Origin: Bdellovibrionota bacterium
Lineage (GTDB): Bacteria; Bdellovibrionota_C; UBA2361; OMIW01
Length of the DNA stretch: 27,999 nucleotides
Direction of reading: 5' to 3'
Assembly (NCBI GenBank): GCA_044345055.1
Contig: JBIJBT010000032.1
Location: forward strand, 1 to 27,999
Shown: in pieces, positions 26,071-27,999 of the stretch
Layout of the letters: every line of letters starts with the position of its first letter
How positions within the stretch are numbered: the first letter of the stretch is position 1
Made by a program: the position numbers and the translations under genes
Notes under the pieces: model-generated
Database searches by the model: none
What the model saw: only the letters and a program-made list of their open reading frames with translations
Told to the model about the DNA's origin: nothing

Positions 26071-26295
26071 TGGTGATGCACTTCAGCTTTTATAAATTAC
26101 TCAAAGAATTATTTGGGTTGTAAGGAGATGAAACAGACTACCGTTTCAGCCATAGGGGCCGATAAGATTTTTTAAAGAGGTATTTGACCGCCCTACACCG
26201 CTATTTTGCATCGGCAATTTAGGGATAAAGCTTGAATGAAAAGCTGAGGTGCTCTAATTTGGTGGGCAGATGCATAGTGCCGTGAGGGACATTCA

Positions 26296-27384
26296 ATGAA
26301 ATCGGGTGAGAGCGACGAAGGCTCAGATAGAAATGGGGATTCTCGTGATGCCGAATCGGCAGATGAACGATTGGAGCGTCATGGGATTGACGATGCCGTT
26401 ATACTTGGCGCTGATAGTGATTCCGTGGGCGACGAGGAGCTCATGGAGGAGGTGGAGCTCGATACAACCCTTCCTGTCTCCGTTGAGGTGGATGAAGCAG
26501 CTGATGAGCCCCGCGAGCAGGGACTTGTTCGATACGATTCGTTGTCGGCTTATTTGAGGGAGATTAGCCGTATTCCCCCATTAGGTCGAGAAGAAGAGCG
26601 AGAGATCGCGGTGCAGTACAGAAGAGATGGAAGTACGGAGGCGGCTCGGCGGTTGGTTTTAGGAAATTTGTGGTTGGTTGTTCGGGTAGCGCGTGAGTAC
26701 GAACGGGCTGCTCGCAGTATTCTCGACCTCATTCAGGAGGGTAATATTGGATTAATGGAGGCGGTGAGAAACTTCGATCCTGAACGAGAGGTTCGATTTC
26801 CCTCCTATGCGATGTGGTGGATTAAGGCGTATATCATTCGATACGTAATCGCCAACTGGAAAATGGTAAAGATCGGCACCACGCAGGCTCAGAGAAAACT
26901 ATTCTTCAATTTAAACAAGGAAAAGGAGCGGCTTGAGCGTGAGGGATTTTATCCGAGCTCAAAATTGATAGCGGAAAAGTTAAATGTGAGGGAGAGCGAC
27001 GTCATTGAGATGGAGCAACGGATGGAGGGCTCCGATCTTAGCTTTGAGGCTCCTCTGCCGGGCGATTCTGATATGAGCCTCGTTTCTGTTCTTCCTGCCG
27101 ATCAGCTAAGCGCGGAGGATGCAGTAGCTGAAAAAGAGCGAGAGCAGATGGTGAGGGAGAGTTTTGCAGCTTTTACCCTTGAACTAAACGACAAAGAATT
27201 ACTTATCTTTCAGGAGCGGCTCTTGGCAGAAGATAAAGCAACGCTCCAGGATTTGTCCGATAAGATAGGTGTAAGTAAGGAGCGGATTCGACAGATAGAA
27301 AATCGAATTAAGGATAAGTTGCGATCGTTTCTAACAAAGCGTCTCGGTCAAAATCTTACTATACTTACTGGGGAGAGTAGTTAA
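26296..27384 (+). CDS. rpoH: RpoH/sigma-32-family RNA polymerase sigma factor with an acidic N-terminal extension
   Basis: DLIQEGNIGLMEAV, FPSYAMWWIKA, RpoH box KIGTTQAQRKLFFNL, region 4 TLQDL....GVSKERIRQIE. Could be a paralog rather than the heat-shock ortholog. Confidence 0.88.
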   Translation: MKSGESDEGSDRNGDSRDAESADERLERHGIDDAVILGADSDSVGDEELMEEVELDTTLPVSVEVDEAADEPREQGLVRYDSLSAYLREISRIPPLGREEEREIAVQYRRDGSTEAARRLVLGNLWLVVRVAREYERAARSILDLIQEGNIGLMEAVRNFDPEREVRFPSYAMWWIKAYIIRYVIANWKMVKIGTTQAQRKLFFNLNKEKERLEREGFYPSSKLIAEKLNVRESDVIEMEQRMEGSDLSFEAPLPGDSDMSLVSVLPADQLSAEDAVAEKEREQMVRESFAAFTLELNDKELLIFQERLLAEDKATLQDLSDKIGVSKERIRQIENRIKDKLRSFLTKRLGQNLTILTGESS

Positions 27385-27420
27385 AAACGAGAGAACGAAG
27401 ACGATAGGGCGATCGGCTTC

Positions 27421-27999
27421 TTACCGGAGCCACGAAAATGTCCCACGAGATTCTCCGATTAGGATCGGAGCTGATTCATTTGCTTGTCTTCTTATACTAG
27501 CAAATCCGACCGCGCCATTACTCGTCAATACGCTCGAGCATACCTCACCTATTTTTTCCATCGAACCGTCCTGTTGCTCGGTAAATAGCGGAGTATCGAT
27601 TGATATAGCCTCTTTAGAATCAGATGAAAAACGGGCAAGAAGACGGGGTGTAGCTCCTCTAGATGCCACTCGCTCGATAACTTCCTGACCGACGTAGCAC
27701 CCCTTATTGTGACTGATAATTCCCTCTACAGGGGCCTCTGTAAGTAAATGAGAGTCATTTAACTCATCTGGAAATTGGGGTTTGCCAGATGAGAGCCGAA
27801 GTTGGTGATAATCGGTCTCACTTAGCTGTTCTGCTTCGGACAGAATATGAGTAAGCTCAGCAAATCGTGGATCGGTTCTAGACACCCAAAGGTCGAATCC
27901 ATCAAAACCAAGCCTATTTCGCGGTATTATCGCCTTAATTGATAGACTATTCTCGGGTGCACAGTGGCTCTTTATCGCGCCTTCAATCTCGGCCAGAGA
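27421..27999 (-). CDS. ygfZ: YgfZ/GcvT-family folate-dependent Fe-S protein; partial, 5' end outside the window
   Basis: Signature KGCYVGQE. The frame stays open from 27885 to the window edge (SLAEIEGAIKSHCAPENSLSIKAIIPRNRLGFDGFDLWV...). Confidence 0.88.
   Translation of the reverse strand, partial: SLAEIEGAIKSHCAPENSLSIKAIIPRNRLGFDGFDLWVSRTDPRFAELTHILSEAEQLSETDYHQLRLSSGKPQFPDELNDSHLLTEAPVEGIISHNKGCYVGQEVIERVASRGATPRLLARFSSDSKEAISIDTPLFTEQQDGSMEKIGEVCSSVLTSNGAVGFASIRRQANESAPILIGESRGTFSWLR

Noticed and set aside
26262..26283. Possible sigma-54 promoter upstream of pilB (minus strand CGGCACTATGCATCTGC)
   Set aside because: GG-to-GC spacing is 12 nt, not the required 10.

Overview
Mostly housekeeping chromosome from a Gram-negative bacterium whose gene content and order resemble the former Deltaproteobacteria (Myxococcota/Desulfobacterota/Bdellovibrionota-like); this taxonomy is inference only. 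In order: five tRNA genes (all four tRNA-Ser isoacceptors plus tRNA-Arg(ACG)) around tadA; engB; a cytochrome c maturation operon (ccmE-ccmF-small CcmI-like ORF-ccmA-ccmB-ccmC-ccmD, with ccmD absent from the ORF track) whose CcmE has the variant CxxxY motif; a degenerate M23/LytM lipoprotein; a stand-alone Hanks-type Ser/Thr kinase; pyrE; an atypical CcmH-like gene; heme O synthase; gpsA; gyrA; pepA; an orphan low-complexity lipoprotein; speA; a type IV pilus cluster; an RpoH-family sigma factor; and a partial ygfZ. The main observation is the gene after pilB-pilC, where pilS and pilR normally sit. It is one 665-aa ORF joining a PilS-like membrane domain and PAS domain directly to a PilR-like sigma-54 AAA+/Fis-HTH output, with no histidine kinase and no receiver domain. 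It looks like a two-component pilin-sensing system collapsed into a membrane-tethered one-component activator. No mobile elements or CRISPR arrays were seen.
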